A stretch of 64,000 nt of DNA from Eledone cirrhosa (GCA_964016885.1 OZ024741.1:234484001-234548000); one strand, 5' to 3'. Shown: positions 22,900-35,229, numbered from the stretch's first letter. Program-made: numbers and translations. Notes: generated by a model from the letters alone, not told the origin.

Positions 22900-23660
22900 C
22901 AGATTGCTGTACTATGGACATATGATGCATATGAAGCATCACAACTGCCTAAAAAGGTGCAGAGCACTCGAAGTTGATGGTAGCAATGGAAGAGGAAGAC
23001 CTAGGAAGGCTGGGGATGAAGTGATAAAAACTGACATCAGACATTTGCACCTCTTATAGGAGATGACACAGGATCGTGATCTCTAGCGTTATGCAGTACT
23101 GCAGAAGCCCCACCTTCCCATTTGCATGGATTAAAGGATACATTTAGTAGTCGCTAGTATGCACCACTACCCCCTTACCATACACCTCCCATGTCCTAAC
23201 ACTCCACCTGTCACCCACGTCGTACCACTCCACCCTTCACTCATGTGAACATTCCACTGTTCACCAGCCATGTGCCCCATCCTAGACCTACCTCTCCAAT
23301 CCCCACCCTTCATGCATGCACCTACACCACCCCATACCCCTGTCCACACTGTAAAGTGGTCATTTTGGTGCCATGACAAAAAGTGCTCAGCCCACACTGT
23401 AAGGTGGTTTGTGGTGATGTCACAACAATAAAACGCCCAGTCCAACATATTAGATGGCCATTTCAGTGCCACAATAAAAAGCACTCAGTTCACACTGTAA
23501 TGTGGTTGGTGTTAGGAAGGGTATCCAGCAGTAGAAACCAAGCCAAAATACAGATCCATATGAGCATGTTGGACTCTGGACCGGACTTGTCTGATAACGT
23601 GACAATTGATCTAACCTATGCAAGCATGGAAAATGGATATTAGATGACAATGATGATGAT
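22900..23660 (+). mobile_element. Older RTE 3' end with 3'UTR and (GAT)n tail
   Basis: Similarity to 16920-17456 (aggtgcagagcact.gaagttgatgg; ggttggtgttaggaaggg). Confidence 0.8.
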
Positions 23661-23764
23661 ATACATATATATGTGTGTGTGTGTGTGTAATTGTGTATTT
23701 AGGGTTAACCCTAACTATGTTAGTTCTGTGTGCGATAGTGAACAGAACTCTATTTATATATATA

Positions 23765-25545
23765 AGTAGAGAACAAAAGGGTCATTTCTATGAGGACCTC
23801 TTACAGACAGCTTGAATAATATGCTAGAATCTTCATCATGGTTGGGCATGTTAATGGAGATGTTTTCATCATCAGGATATCTACTGTGGAATGTACTATG
23901 GTTATGTATATGGTGAGGGATCATGGCTTCTAGAATTGTGGTGCAAATGACCTAGCCATTTGCAACACTCACTTCAGGAAACATGCTAGCCACTTGGTCA
24001 CACTCAAACCAAATGGACTTCTTTATAATTAGAAAATAGGATAGACAGATAGTTGTGAATAATAGGTCCTTTTCCAAAAATGTATCCACTCCCAGCATAA
24101 GCTAGTTATCAATGTCATCAAAATGAAAACCAAATGAAATCAGAAACACAGTTTCCATCTACCAAATTTCACTCACAACACTTGGGCTGACACGAAGCTA
24201 TTGTAAATGACACTTGCTTCAGATGCTATGAAGCAGGATTAAACCTAAAACCTAATGATTATGAAGCAGACTTCTTAATTCTACATCCAAGGAGAGAGCT
24301 TATAGTAAATTGATATTTATATCATACACAAACCAGTATTTATATCTTGTTGTAGAAAGGAGCATCTAAAGAAGCATGAAATTGATGAACCAAGATATGA
24401 AAGTAATTGAAAGAGATATAGCACAATTGATTAGAAAAAGAATTAGCTTCAGAGAGATTCAGTTTGTGTTTATGCCAGGATGGAGGACTGCTGATGCCCT
24501 TTTTCTAGTGAGAGTTACAGAAGGTTTTAGCTAAGAGTAAACCACTGATCCTAGCATTCATAAACCTAAAGATGGCACTTTGACATGGTACCACAATCTG
24601 TAGTCAGATGCAAGTATATGTCAGCAGAGTGAGAGTTAGCAATAAGTCCATCTGGGCTCAGTTAGTTCTTAGATCCTAGTTGTCTGTGAGAACTCCTGCA
24701 GGCTGATGGCATCAATCTTGTAGCTGGATCCATTGAAGAATAAAAGGAGAAATTTCAAATGTAGAAGCAAAGTCTAGAATCAAGTAACTTCAGAGTAAAC
24801 CTAATCAAAACAAAAGTTTTAGTAAGAAGACAAAATTCTACAGCCATCTAGGAGTTGGCTATTCTTAACGTGTAGAAAACAAATAAATAGGAATTCTGTA
24901 CTGTATACCAAATGTAAGCTATAAGTGTATGAGAGATAAGATGTAATTACAGGAAGGCTGACAAAAGAAAAAAAGAGTTCATCTTTAGCAGAAACACAGG
25001 AGTATCAATAGAAGCACTTATGAAATAAATTGTTTCAAATGATTGAAAAGCTCCCTAGAAGTAGTTGATAGTTTCCATTACTTAGATGGCTTAATTAGCA
25101 ATGGAAGCAAGTATTCTGAAAGCATAATAGCCAGAGTAAGAACAGGGTAGAAAAAGTCCAGATAGCTATTTCCTCTGCTGGCAACAAGGAAATTCTCCAA
25201 GTAAAGACCAGATTGTATGATACTTGTGTAGGCAGTGAGATATGGGCATGTAATACAGAAGATGCATAAAAGCGGAAAGAAATGAAGCAATGTTGCTTTG
25301 CTGGATGTGTAATGTTAGTATGCATGAACAAATGAGAATAAATGAACCTATAGAAAAATTGAATATAAGAAGAATCATATGCAGTTTGTATGTTGAAGAT
25401 TACAGTTGGGTAAAGAAGTGCCAAGTGACTGAACATCATGAACGAGATGGAAAAGGACTGCAGTAAATAGTGAGATACAGTACTAAAGATTTGTCCATTC
25501 CATACTGGTGTATAAAAGCAAATGTAAAAATGATAATGATGATAT
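23765..25545 (+). mobile_element. Highly decayed RTE LINE (endonuclease and RT relics) with nested SINE fragment at ~24145-24285
   Basis: Relics aligning to RTE RT (gaccaagatatgaaagta..atagcacaattgattaga; gctaagagtaaaccact; aacaaaagttttagta; gagtaagaacagggtagaaaaag); many stops. Confidence 0.7.
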
Positions 25546-25554
25546 ATATTTATA

Positions 25555-25830
25555 TAAAATAATTAAGTCAAATATGTAAAATTTGGCTTCGTTTATTATA
25601 AATTATAGATATACTGCTATATATATTTTGGTGACGGTTGTCACCGAAATATATATAGCAGTATATCTATAATTTATAATAAACGAAGCCAAATTTGGCT
25701 GTGACCTCTTCAGGCAGTCCGAATTGGTGTTGAAGTGTGTTTTACTCCGACAACACATCGATATGTCCAGCTCCTGGTTGTATTGTTATTCCCCTGAGGA
25801 ACTGGAATCATATTTGACTTAATTATTTTA
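25555..25830. mobile_element. Nested fold-back relic with two half-hammerhead motifs
   Basis: Hairpin 25579-25696 (loop ggtt); outer inverted pair taaaataattaagtcaaatatg / catatttgacttaattatttta; tgtgacctcttcag identical to the arm of element 2189-2723. Confidence 0.6.
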
Positions 25831-25920
25831 CATTACTCCGGAGTAAATAAACCAACCTGCATACTTCATCGAGTACTCCAATCTGCATACTGAGGTGTCA
25901 GTAAACAACCAACATATACT

Positions 25921-25978
<58 letters not shown>

Positions 25979-26999
25979 GTGTCTATTTTTCCATGCTGGT
26001 ATACTTTGGATAGGTTGTCACAGTTGAAATCAGTTCTTATTTTGACTTACTATGCATTCCATTTCTGACCAGGAGAAGGTAGTAAATTAATAGTTGCAGG
26101 ATGGGAGGCAACTTTAACACAATAGATAAAAATGGTGTCACTTGCTTTATTAGAAATTCTTGTTCAATTAAAATGTCAGTAAAGTTTATGAAATACTTAA
26201 CAGTATCCCAAGGAACTACACATAACTGACAGCAAACCACTTCAAGGAAAGGTTTACTCAATATATTCACTTCTTCAGTTCCAAGGGCAGGAATCTCCAC
26301 CTCCCTGTCTCATTATTCTGTACCAAAGAAATTACCTCCACAGTATAAACTGAAACTTTCTCAACCTGGAGTGCACATATTGTAACTGCTTGTGATATCC
26401 TTTAACAATGAAATTGAACTTTCATGCTGCTGCCACCAATGGAACTCGCTGTTAGTTAATTTGGAGCCATTAAAAGTGTTAAATATGATATATATTTGAT
26501 GGGCTTTTGCAGTTTCTGTCTACCAATTTAACTCCCAAGGCATTAGTCAGTCCAAAACTATAATAGAAGAGACATAAAAATACACCAGTCAACGTTATCT
26601 GTTAGTTTGCTGTAATCCATATTATCAGCCTTTCAAGGTGACAAGATATTTGTGTGGTTATCTTATCATTATGTGTGTTCTATTGGAAATGTGACAAATT
26701 GGCACAAGTTAATGGAAATATCCTTCCTGTCATTGTTTAGCTCTAGGTCAGCTCTGTTTGAGAAAAACTATGATCAATGATGTTACAATTGTAACCATTC
26801 CCTGCTTTTTTTGTCTTTTACAGAATAGTGTGTATAGACATGCAAAATCCAATGTATCCTTGTCTTTTTAGAAAGTGTAGGTGTGATATGAGAGAGATAT
26901 GGCTGTAATTTCTAACAATAGATATTTGTGTTCAAGTTTTGCATTTATGTTTACACAAATGTAAAAGAAAATTGTTGTTTATGTTGTGACCCTATATAT

Positions 27000-27290
27000 C
27001 CCATAACCTATCAGTCTAACAAATAGAGATTGATAAAATAAGTATCAGTTTGATATAAGTACTGGGGTCAATATAGTCAACTAAAGCCCTTGTAGACAAT
27101 ACCTCAGCATGGCAGCAGTTCAGTGACTGGAACAAATAAAAGTTCAAATCATGCCAAGGTCAAGTTTGTTTTTCATCTTTCCAGGGTCAATAAATAAAGC
27201 ATCAGTCTGGGATAGTGATCTGGAGGAGTAGTTAGAGCATTGGATGATATTTGTTCCTGCTCTTTCTGTTCTGAGTTCAAATCCTGACAT
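27000..27290 (+). mobile_element. SINE relics (CORE-like body, LINE-derived tail, tRNA-like head fragment)
   Basis: gataaaataagtatcagt..aagtactggggtcaat; tail cctcagcatggcagcagttcagtgactggaacaaataaaag; B-box-like gagttcaaatcc. Confidence 0.65.
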
Positions 27291-27544
27291 GCCCTAGATG
27301 GTGACATAAACTTAATCCATCGTTCTCTTTAAAACCATCATTGGAGCTATGAGTGCCTTTACCAAAGTCCTCTTTGTTGCAGATATTTGGGTCTGGTCTC
27401 CCCAGTTTGAAGTTGCCTTCTTCCTTCCAATCATTCTCAGAGGCCTTCAGAAGAGTCATGGGTACTGCCCTTCTCTCCCTAACAAAAAAATGGGATGTAT
27501 GTTATGCTAATAATTCAAGTCTTGTTATAAACTACCATATATAC

Positions 27545-28705
27545 TTCTTCTTCTAGGGCGGGTAAAATTCCCGAGATCCATGGACGAGTTCTCTCCAGCG
27601 GTCTCTGTCCCTCATTATCGCTGCCATGTCCTGCATCTCCAACAGACCAGTGTCTGTCCTTAGGGCATCAACATACGTTAACCTTGGTCTTCCTCTTCCA
27701 GTGTGTCCATGTAGGAGCTCCCACAGGAGCACTGAGTGCAATGTCAACTCTGGATGTCAGTGAGCATGTCCAGCCAACCTCAGTCTCCTCTGTGTCACTT
27801 TTGAGCTGACTTTTGGGAGGCTCTCATACAGCTCTGAGTTTTTCATCCTCAGTGTATACTGATTAATGTTCAGAGCCATCCTCAGCATTCTCGTGTAGCA
27901 CCCATCCACCATCTGAGTGAGTTTCTTGGTCAGTGTCCAAGTCTCAGACTCGTACAGCAGCACAGACTCCACTACAGCAATGAAGAGGCAGATTTTCTGG
28001 TCTTTACGAAGGTCCGACTTCCACACCGATCTCAAGCTGTGGCACGCCGCCCAGGCTTTGCTCTTCCGTATTCCCAATCTTTGCTCCCATCCTGATGCTG
28101 TGGAGGATATTAGAGGGAGCTAGAGAAAAGTGCCTTCCTGCAGTCATAGTTTTTATTGACTTTAGGAAGGCCTTTGATTCTGTGGACCGTCACTGCTTAA
28201 TGAAGATCTTACAGGCTTATGGAATCCCCAAGAAGATAGTGGACCTGATATCACTGCTCTACACCAACACCAAAGCCCAAGTCATTACACCTGATGAGAT
28301 GACAGAGTTCTTTGAGATACTGGCTGGAGTGCTCCAGGGAGATACATTGTCTCCCAATCTTTTTATCATCGTAGTGGACTATTGTATGCGCCTTGCACTG
28401 GAGAAACACCAGGACTCTGGCTTTACTGTAGCACTGGCTCAGAGCAGGAGAGTTAAGGCGAAAAAGATATCGGATGCTGAATTTGCCGACGACATAGTTT
28501 TGGTGACAAATACAGTGAAGGAGGCAGAGGATTTGATGCAGGAGGTTGAGACTGTGTCGATGAATGTGAGGCTGAGAATGAATGAGACTAAAACAAAATA
28601 TCTGGTAGAGAATGTTGAGAAGCCAGAGGGGATTACTAATGTAGGTGGGAAGCTGCTAGAATTGGTTGAGGACTTCCTGTATTTGGGAGCAAAGATTGGG
28701 AATAC
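27545..28705 (-). mobile_element. RTE-type LINE (second family) with 5' inversion and 12-bp TSD
   Basis: 3' part on minus (SVLLYESETWTLTK, RRLRLAGH, (GAA)n tail at 27545); RT core on plus 28095-28705 (FIDFRKAFDSV, GVLQGDTLSP, FADD, FLYLGA); TSD taccatatatac at 27533-27544 and 28703-28714. Confidence 0.9.
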
Positions 28706-28977
28706 CATATATACACTTGTGTATAAGTTACACCTTTTCCATAAAAATACATGAAAAGCCAGCAGGCAATATATCTACTGGACTTACAAGATCTCAGTTC
28801 AAAATATATGGTACATTGCAAATATTGTAAGGAAAATGGAAGTGTGACTTATACACAAATATATTTGATATTTATCATTAACAAAGGTTTTCTTGTTTCT
28901 TCAGACTTCACGTTTTATCAAAAATGAGTTATGATATTACAAGAGGCTGACATTGATTGTAATATCTCATGGCTGTC

Positions 28978-29322
28978 TTCTTTACCTACTTATTCCTGGG
29001 AAGTATCATGAGAGCAGAGTCCTCAATCATGCCATCCACTTGTTCCTATCAAGAGCAGCTGTCTCAAATAGATCCGGCTGGTTTCCCAGCTGTGCTTATG
29101 GATATTATCCAATAATCTTGCTTGGGGTCTACCCCTGGGACTTATACCGGTTGGTTTTGCCCATAGAATCTGTCCAGTCATTCTTTTCTTTGACACATTC
29201 TAACCACATATCCATCGTATCGGAGCTGTGATCTCTCAATTCAGAGTAGTAGCTCTACCTGGAGCGACTACCTGAGAAACTACATTTCAGCGGCATGTAT
29301 TCGGGATTATATTCTTTTGGTT
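28978..29322 (-). mobile_element. RTE-like LINE 3' fragment (third family; related copy 61470-61930)
   Basis: Shared atccaa..atcttgcttggggtctacccctggg and acattctaaccacat..ccat.gtatc.gagct.tgatctctcaattc; minus reading LLRIERSQL..MVRMS. Confidence 0.7.
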
Positions 29323-29324
29323 GT

Positions 29325-30980
29325 TGAACTGTAATATCTCATGGCTGTTAACTGTAATAACTTTTGGTTGTTTAATTGTAATATCTCACAGCTGTTTTAC
29401 TGCAATATCTCACAGCTGTTTTACTGCAATATCTCATGACTGTTTACAGCTGTTTAACTGTACTATCTCATGACTGTTTAACTGTAATATCTCACAGTTG
29501 TTTAACTGTACACACAGTAATACAGAAGACCCAACTTCCCACGGGTACAATCCAAAGCTGAAGCATATAGACAATGTGTCCCCACGCCCTATCACTGCAA
29601 AGTGGTCATGGCGGTGCCACGGCAAAAAAGCACCCAGCCCACACTGTAAAGTGGACGTGTAGGCACCACGGAAAAAAAGCACCCAGCCCACACTGTAAAG
29701 TGGACGTGTAGGTGCCACAGAAAAAAAGCACCCAGCAGTCACTGTAAATGAGGTTGGTGTAGAAATCAAGCCAGAATCAAATCCTGTGTGAGCAAGACAA
29801 GGTCAACCGACTGGACACTGCCCACAACAGGACAACCCATCTAACCCATGCTAGCATGGAAGAACGGATGTAAAACGGTGATGATGATGATGATCTCACA
29901 GCTGTTTAACTGTAATATCTCACATCTGTTTTACTGTAATATCTCATGACTGTTTAACTGTAATATCTCATGACTTTCACTGTAATATCTCACAGCTGTT
30001 TAACTGTAATATTTCATGACTATTTAACTGTAATATCTTACAGCTGTTTAACTGTAATAATATGATAACTGTTTAGCTGTAATAATATCATAACTGTTTA
30101 GCTGTAATATCTCATGGCTGTAAAATCTTACAGCTGTTTAACTGTAATATCTCACAGCTGTTTAATTGTAATATCTCATGACTGTTTAACTGTAATATCT
30201 CACAGCTGTTTAATTGTAATATCTCACAGCTGTTTAACTGTAATATCTCATGATTGTTTAACTGTAACATCTCACAGCTGTTAACTGTAATATCTCATAA
30301 CTGTTTGACTGTAATATCTCATAACTGTTTGACTATAATATCTCATGACTGTTTAACTGTAATAGCTCATGACTGTTTAACTGTAATAGCTCATGACTGT
30401 TTAGCTGTAATATCTCATGACTGTTTAGCTGTAATATCTCATGACTTTCACTGTAATATCTCATGACTGTTTAACTGTAATATCTCATGACTGTTTAGCT
30501 GTAATATCTCACAGCTGTTTAACTGTAATATTTCACAGTTGTTTAACTGTAATATCTCACAGCTGTTTAACTGTAATATCTCATTACTGTTTAACTGTAA
30601 TATCTCACAGCTGTTTCACTGCAATATCTCATGACTATTTACAACTGTTTAACTGTAATATCTCACAGCTGTTTAATTGTAATATCTCACAATTGTTTAA
30701 CTGTAATATCTCACAGCTGTTTAATTGTAATATCTCACAGCTGTTTAACTGTAATATCTCACAGCTGTTTAACTGCAATATCTTACAGCTGTTTAACTAA
30801 TAATATCATAACTGTTTAACTGTAATATCTCATGACTGTTTCATTGTAATATCTCATGACTATTTAGCTGTAATATCTCATGACTATTTAGCTGTAATAT
30901 CTCATGACTATTTAGCTGTAATATTTCATGACTGTTTAGCTGTAATATCTCATGACTGTTTAACTGCAATATCTCACAAG
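29325..30980. repeat. 24-bp minisatellite (tttaactgtaatatctcacagctg / ...catgactg)
   Basis: Dozens of tandem units; gives 8-aa periodic spurious ORFs (CLTVISHS). Confidence 0.95.
29513..29893 (+). mobile_element. RTE 3' end inserted into the 24-bp minisatellite
   Basis: Aligns to 17117-17456, ends aaaacggtgatgatgatgatga, and the satellite resumes on both sides. Confidence 0.9.
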
Positions 30981-31064
30981 TATACAAATTTGTATAACTT
31001 TGATCTTTAAAATTTTGTATGTCTTCAGCGATCTTTATAGTTATATATAATTGTATAATTTGAC

Positions 31065-31450
31065 CATCATCGTTTAATGTACATTTGCCATGCTAGCATA
31101 GGTTATATGGACCCATTTGAAGCAAGTCGGGTCAGGTGACCGTGTCTTGCTCATATACAACTGTTTCTGGCTAGATTTCTATGGCTGGATGCCCTTCCTA
31201 ATGTCAACCACAATTACAGTGTGGGCTGCGTGCTTTTTGTTGTGACTCCTACACGACCACTTGACAGTGTGGGCCAGATGCTTTTGTGATACCAACATAA
31301 CTTTACTGTGTAAAGGGGGTATGGAGATGTATGGTAGGGATATAGTGATTAAGATGTGCCTACTATAAGTATGTTTGAGTCTGTGTACAAGAGAAGGCAG
31401 GTCTTCTGTATTACTGCATAATGCCAAAGATCTTGATCCTGTGTCATTGT
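31065..31450 (-). mobile_element. RTE 3' end, minus strand, degenerate
   Basis: catcatcgtttaatgt..ccatgctagcat; tttctatggctggatgcccttcctaa. Confidence 0.75.
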
Positions 31451-31579
31451 CTTTCTTTGTAATATATAACTATATAACTTTGTGCAATATATAATTTTAT
31501 ATATCTGTTCCCTGATGCACAAAAAATACTTGTTTTATACTTTGCAAATATATTTTAGAATTTTTTTAAAAATTAATTT

Positions 31580-31611
31580 TAGTTTCTTTTCTCTCTTTTT
31601 TTCTTTTCCAG
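31580..31611 (+). promoter_or_regulatory. Splice acceptor (polypyrimidine tract + CAG) upstream of the ZF coding exon
   Basis: tttcttttctctctttttttcttttccag ending at 31611. Confidence 0.7.
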
Positions 31612-31781
31612 ATAGTTTTGCTGGACCCTTTCATCTGTTTCTTTAAGAATTGAAATTAAACAGTCTGAAGAATTTTCCTGCAAGTACTAACAGTTATCAT
31701 TTGAGGCACATAGCTCTCTCTCTTTCTCTCTTTTTCTCATATATATATATACATTTATGCAAAACGTAATATATATATAGT

Positions 31782-32176
31782 ATGGAGAAACTTCACAGAG
31801 AGAAAGGGATTTCTGGGGATGTTTGTAGCAAAGTTCAGTACTCAAATGACAAATCAGGGGTGAGAGATGTTTGCAATAAATCTCAGTTTTCTGGTATTAA
31901 GATAAACTCTGCAGATATTTGCAGTAAAGCACAATTTCCTTCTGTGTCAAGCAACATGTCATCACAGAGAATTGCACATGCTGGGGAGAAGTCTGTGCAT
32001 AACAACATTTATGACAGTCAGTTTGTGCAGGGCTGCTACCATCAGCCTCATGGACTCCTGGCAAATAACCAGAAACTGTTTCACGTTGATGTCTACAACA
32101 AACAACATCCACAGAACTGCTACGTAACAACTCATGAAAGGAATCAGACAGGGGAAAAGCAACAACAGCAACAGCA

Positions 32177-32222
<46 letters not shown>

Positions 32223-33593
32223 CAACAGCAGCAGCAGCAGCAGCAACAACAGCAGCAGCAACAACAACAACAGCAACAGCAGCAACAACAACAACAGCCA
32301 CCTCAACAACAACAACAGACACAGCATCAGCAACAACTACAGCAACAGCAACAACAGCTGCAACAGCAGCAACAACAACAGTCTCAGAGTGGTCCTATTT
32401 GTCAAAAGCAGCCAGTCATAAGCAAAGCCCTGCCTATTGCTTCAAAATCTCAAGTGTGTTCCAAACTCTATCACTGTGACCTTTGCCCTAAACAGTTTGT
32501 GCGTCGAAATACTTTAGAAATGCACAGACGAATCCACACAGGAGAGAAACTCTTTCACTGTAACTTCTGTGAAAAGAAATTTGTCCATCGAGATAAACTT
32601 CAGATCCACGAGAGAATTCACACTGGTGAGAAACCATTCCAGTGTGAATATTGCCCAAAGAAGTTTTCACGGAAAGACAAGTTAAAAATTCACAATAGTT
32701 CACACACGGGGGAGAAACCTTATCATTGTAGTTATTGTCCTAAATGTTTTGTGCAACGAGACAAATTGAAAATCCACGAGAGGATACACACAGGAGAGAA
32801 ACCTTTCCATTGTGAGTTCTGTCCAAAGCAGTTCTCTCGGAGTGACAAGCTGCAGTTGCATCGACGGACACACACAGGTGAGAAACTGTTTAATTGTAAC
32901 TATTGCCCAAAGCAGTTTGTTCAGAGAGACAAATTGCTCATACATGAGAGGACACACACTGGAGAGAAACCGTATCATTGTGACATCTGTTCCAGACGGT
33001 TTGCTAGGTCAGATAAGTTACAGATTCATAAACGCACACATACAGGTGAGAAGCCATTCCAGTGTGAGTTGTGTCCAAAGCACTTCTCCCAGAGATATTA
33101 TTTGAAAGTTCATATACGAACACATACTGGGGAAAAACCTTTCCATTGTGATATTTGTCCCAAACAGTTTGCTCGCAAGGATAAATTGCAAATTCATCGG
33201 AGAGGTCATACGGGAGAGAAACCCTTCCAGTGTGAGATTTGCTATGAGCAGTTTACGAAGAAAGATGAGTTGACAACACACAAACGTATCCATATTGTTC
33301 CCAATGAAGCTGTCAACTGTGAGGTTTGTACCCAGCACTTGCCCAATAGGTTAGATATACCCTTTCAACAGAGGTCTCACTCAATTGAAATGCCGATAAA
33401 TGCCGAAATCTGTTCTAAACCACATTGTACAGAAATGGATGATTTGCACTCAACAAAACAACCTCAGAAGTTACCTGCCAAAAACAATTATCTTAAGCCG
33501 CCTTCCTGTAAAATTATTAAGGAATATACTCCAATGAGCACAATTCTTTGGCCAATATTATACCCTAGCCCTGGTTTACAAAATCCTCAGTAG
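31782..33593 (+). CDS. C2H2 (Kruppel-type) zinc-finger protein, 603 aa, 10 intact fingers, polyglutamine tract
   Basis: Uninterrupted ORF; ten CxxC-x12-HxxxH fingers with TGEK(P/L) linkers; Q46 at 32160-32297; degenerate fingers N- and C-terminal. Confidence 0.95.
32160..32381 (+). repeat. Coding CAG/CAA trinucleotide repeat
   Basis: 46 consecutive Gln codons followed by a Q-rich stretch. Confidence 0.97.
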
Positions 33594-33818
33594 TTCACTT
33601 AGGATAACAATATCCATCTTTGTTGTTCGGCCAGTGTTTATTATTAGACAAAGTAGAATTCAGAGATTTTCTATATGTACAAAAGAGAGACAGAGAGGCA
33701 GACATCCCACAGTGATTTCACTAAGCTAGTGTGGTGGACAACATTCACGGATATCTACTGTGCGTATGTGTGTGGAAGAATGTGAATTACCTGTCTGTTT
33801 ATGCATGTGTGTATGTGA

Positions 33819-33880
<62 letters not shown>

Positions 33881-33881
33881 G

Positions 33882-33935
<54 letters not shown>

Positions 33936-33952
33936 CATAAGCATATATACAT

Positions 33953-34058
33953 AGATGACGAAGGACTGTGACAAGTGGAGAGATGCTGTGCTGAATAGGA
34001 CCTGTCCAACCCTTGCAAGTGGGAAAAGCGGACGTAAAATGATGATGATGATGATGAT
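33953..34058 (+). mobile_element. Short RTE 3' terminal fragment with (GAT)n tail
   Basis: ccaacccttgcaagtgggaaaagcggacgtaaaatgatgatg. Confidence 0.75.
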
Positions 34059-34080
34059 GTGTGTGTGTATATATGTTTGC

Positions 34081-34116
<36 letters not shown>

Positions 34117-34189
34117 TGTGCATATCTATCTACCTATTTATGTGTGTGTGCCTGTGTATTTACATACTTATATGTAAATATATACATGT

Positions 34190-34445
34190 TTGCAGTTTCC
34201 ACCTATCCAATTTCACTATCTACAATAGAAGGTACTCACCTGAGATGTCACACAGTGAGATCTTGGACAAGTGCCTTTCATTTCAGTCTTGGGTTGACCT
34301 AAACATTTGGTACTGGGAAAATATGTGTAGCCTTGATGCAGATTGTGTCACACTGATTAACCCTAAAAATGACATTTAGGGTACACTTGTCTGTGAAATA
34401 CTCAGCCACTTTTAGGCAAATTCAATGAGTAACAAATTTGGTTGA
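34190..34445 (-). mobile_element. tRNA/CORE-type SINE relic
   Basis: gcagtttccacctatccaatttcact..tagaaggtactcacctgagatgtcacacagtgagat; similar relics at 24145-24285 and 26495-26575. Confidence 0.55.
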
Positions 34446-34469
34446 TTGAACAATTTTAATCTTCATTGT

Positions 34470-34472
<3 letters not shown>

Positions 34473-34508
<36 letters not shown>

Positions 34509-34699
34509 GTGTGTATATATATGTGTGTGCCTGTATGTGTGTATATATATAAGTGTGTGTCTGTATGTATATATATGTGTCTGTATGTGTATATATATAT
34601 ATGTGTGTGTATATATATATATATATGTGTGTATATATATATATATGTGTGTTTATATATATATATATGTGTGTATATATATATATGTGTGTGTATATA

Positions 34700-34750
<51 letters not shown>

Positions 34751-34763
34751 CTGTGTGTATATA

Positions 34764-34810
<47 letters not shown>

Positions 34811-34835
34811 CTGTATGTATATATATATGTTTGTG

Positions 34836-34871
<36 letters not shown>

Positions 34872-34930
34872 CATGCGTGTATAGTTAGATATATATATTT
34901 ATGTGTATATATAAATACAAATATATATAT
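34473..34930. repeat. (TA)n/(TG)n microsatellite
   Basis: Direct inspection. Confidence 0.95.
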
Positions 34931-34938
34931 TTGATTAT

Positions 34939-35112
34939 TAAGGCCAGTTACTGCACCAGAGCCATACTAGGAATGTACATTTCGTTGGCCTAGAGGGCCA
35001 ACATTTGCAACCAGTACCAGTTCATTTCCACCGGCACAGGTTGAAAAAGTTGGTCCTCCAGGCCAGCAGAATGTATGTTTCCAGTATGGCTCCGTTGTAG
35101 TAACTGGCCTTA
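34939..35112. mobile_element. Palindromic MITE (~175 bp)
   Basis: TIR taaggccagttac / gtaactggcctta; imperfect pairing continues along the arms (gagccatact/agtatggctc). Confidence 0.8.
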
Positions 35113-35229
35113 TTAATTATATTAAAACTCTCCTTACAGACTTGAGATGCTCTATATCTTGGATATTTCTACCAAGCTATATATATATATATATATATAT
35201 AAATTTATAAATATATAATGTTATATATA

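Noticed and set aside
29325-30980. Possible CRISPR-like array or repeat protein
   Set aside because: Contiguous 24-bp units with no unique spacers, no cas genes and a eukaryotic context
31897-33338. Antisense and alternate-frame ORFs (poly-L, poly-A/V, poly-S/N)
   Set aside because: Shadows of the polyQ/ZF coding sequence
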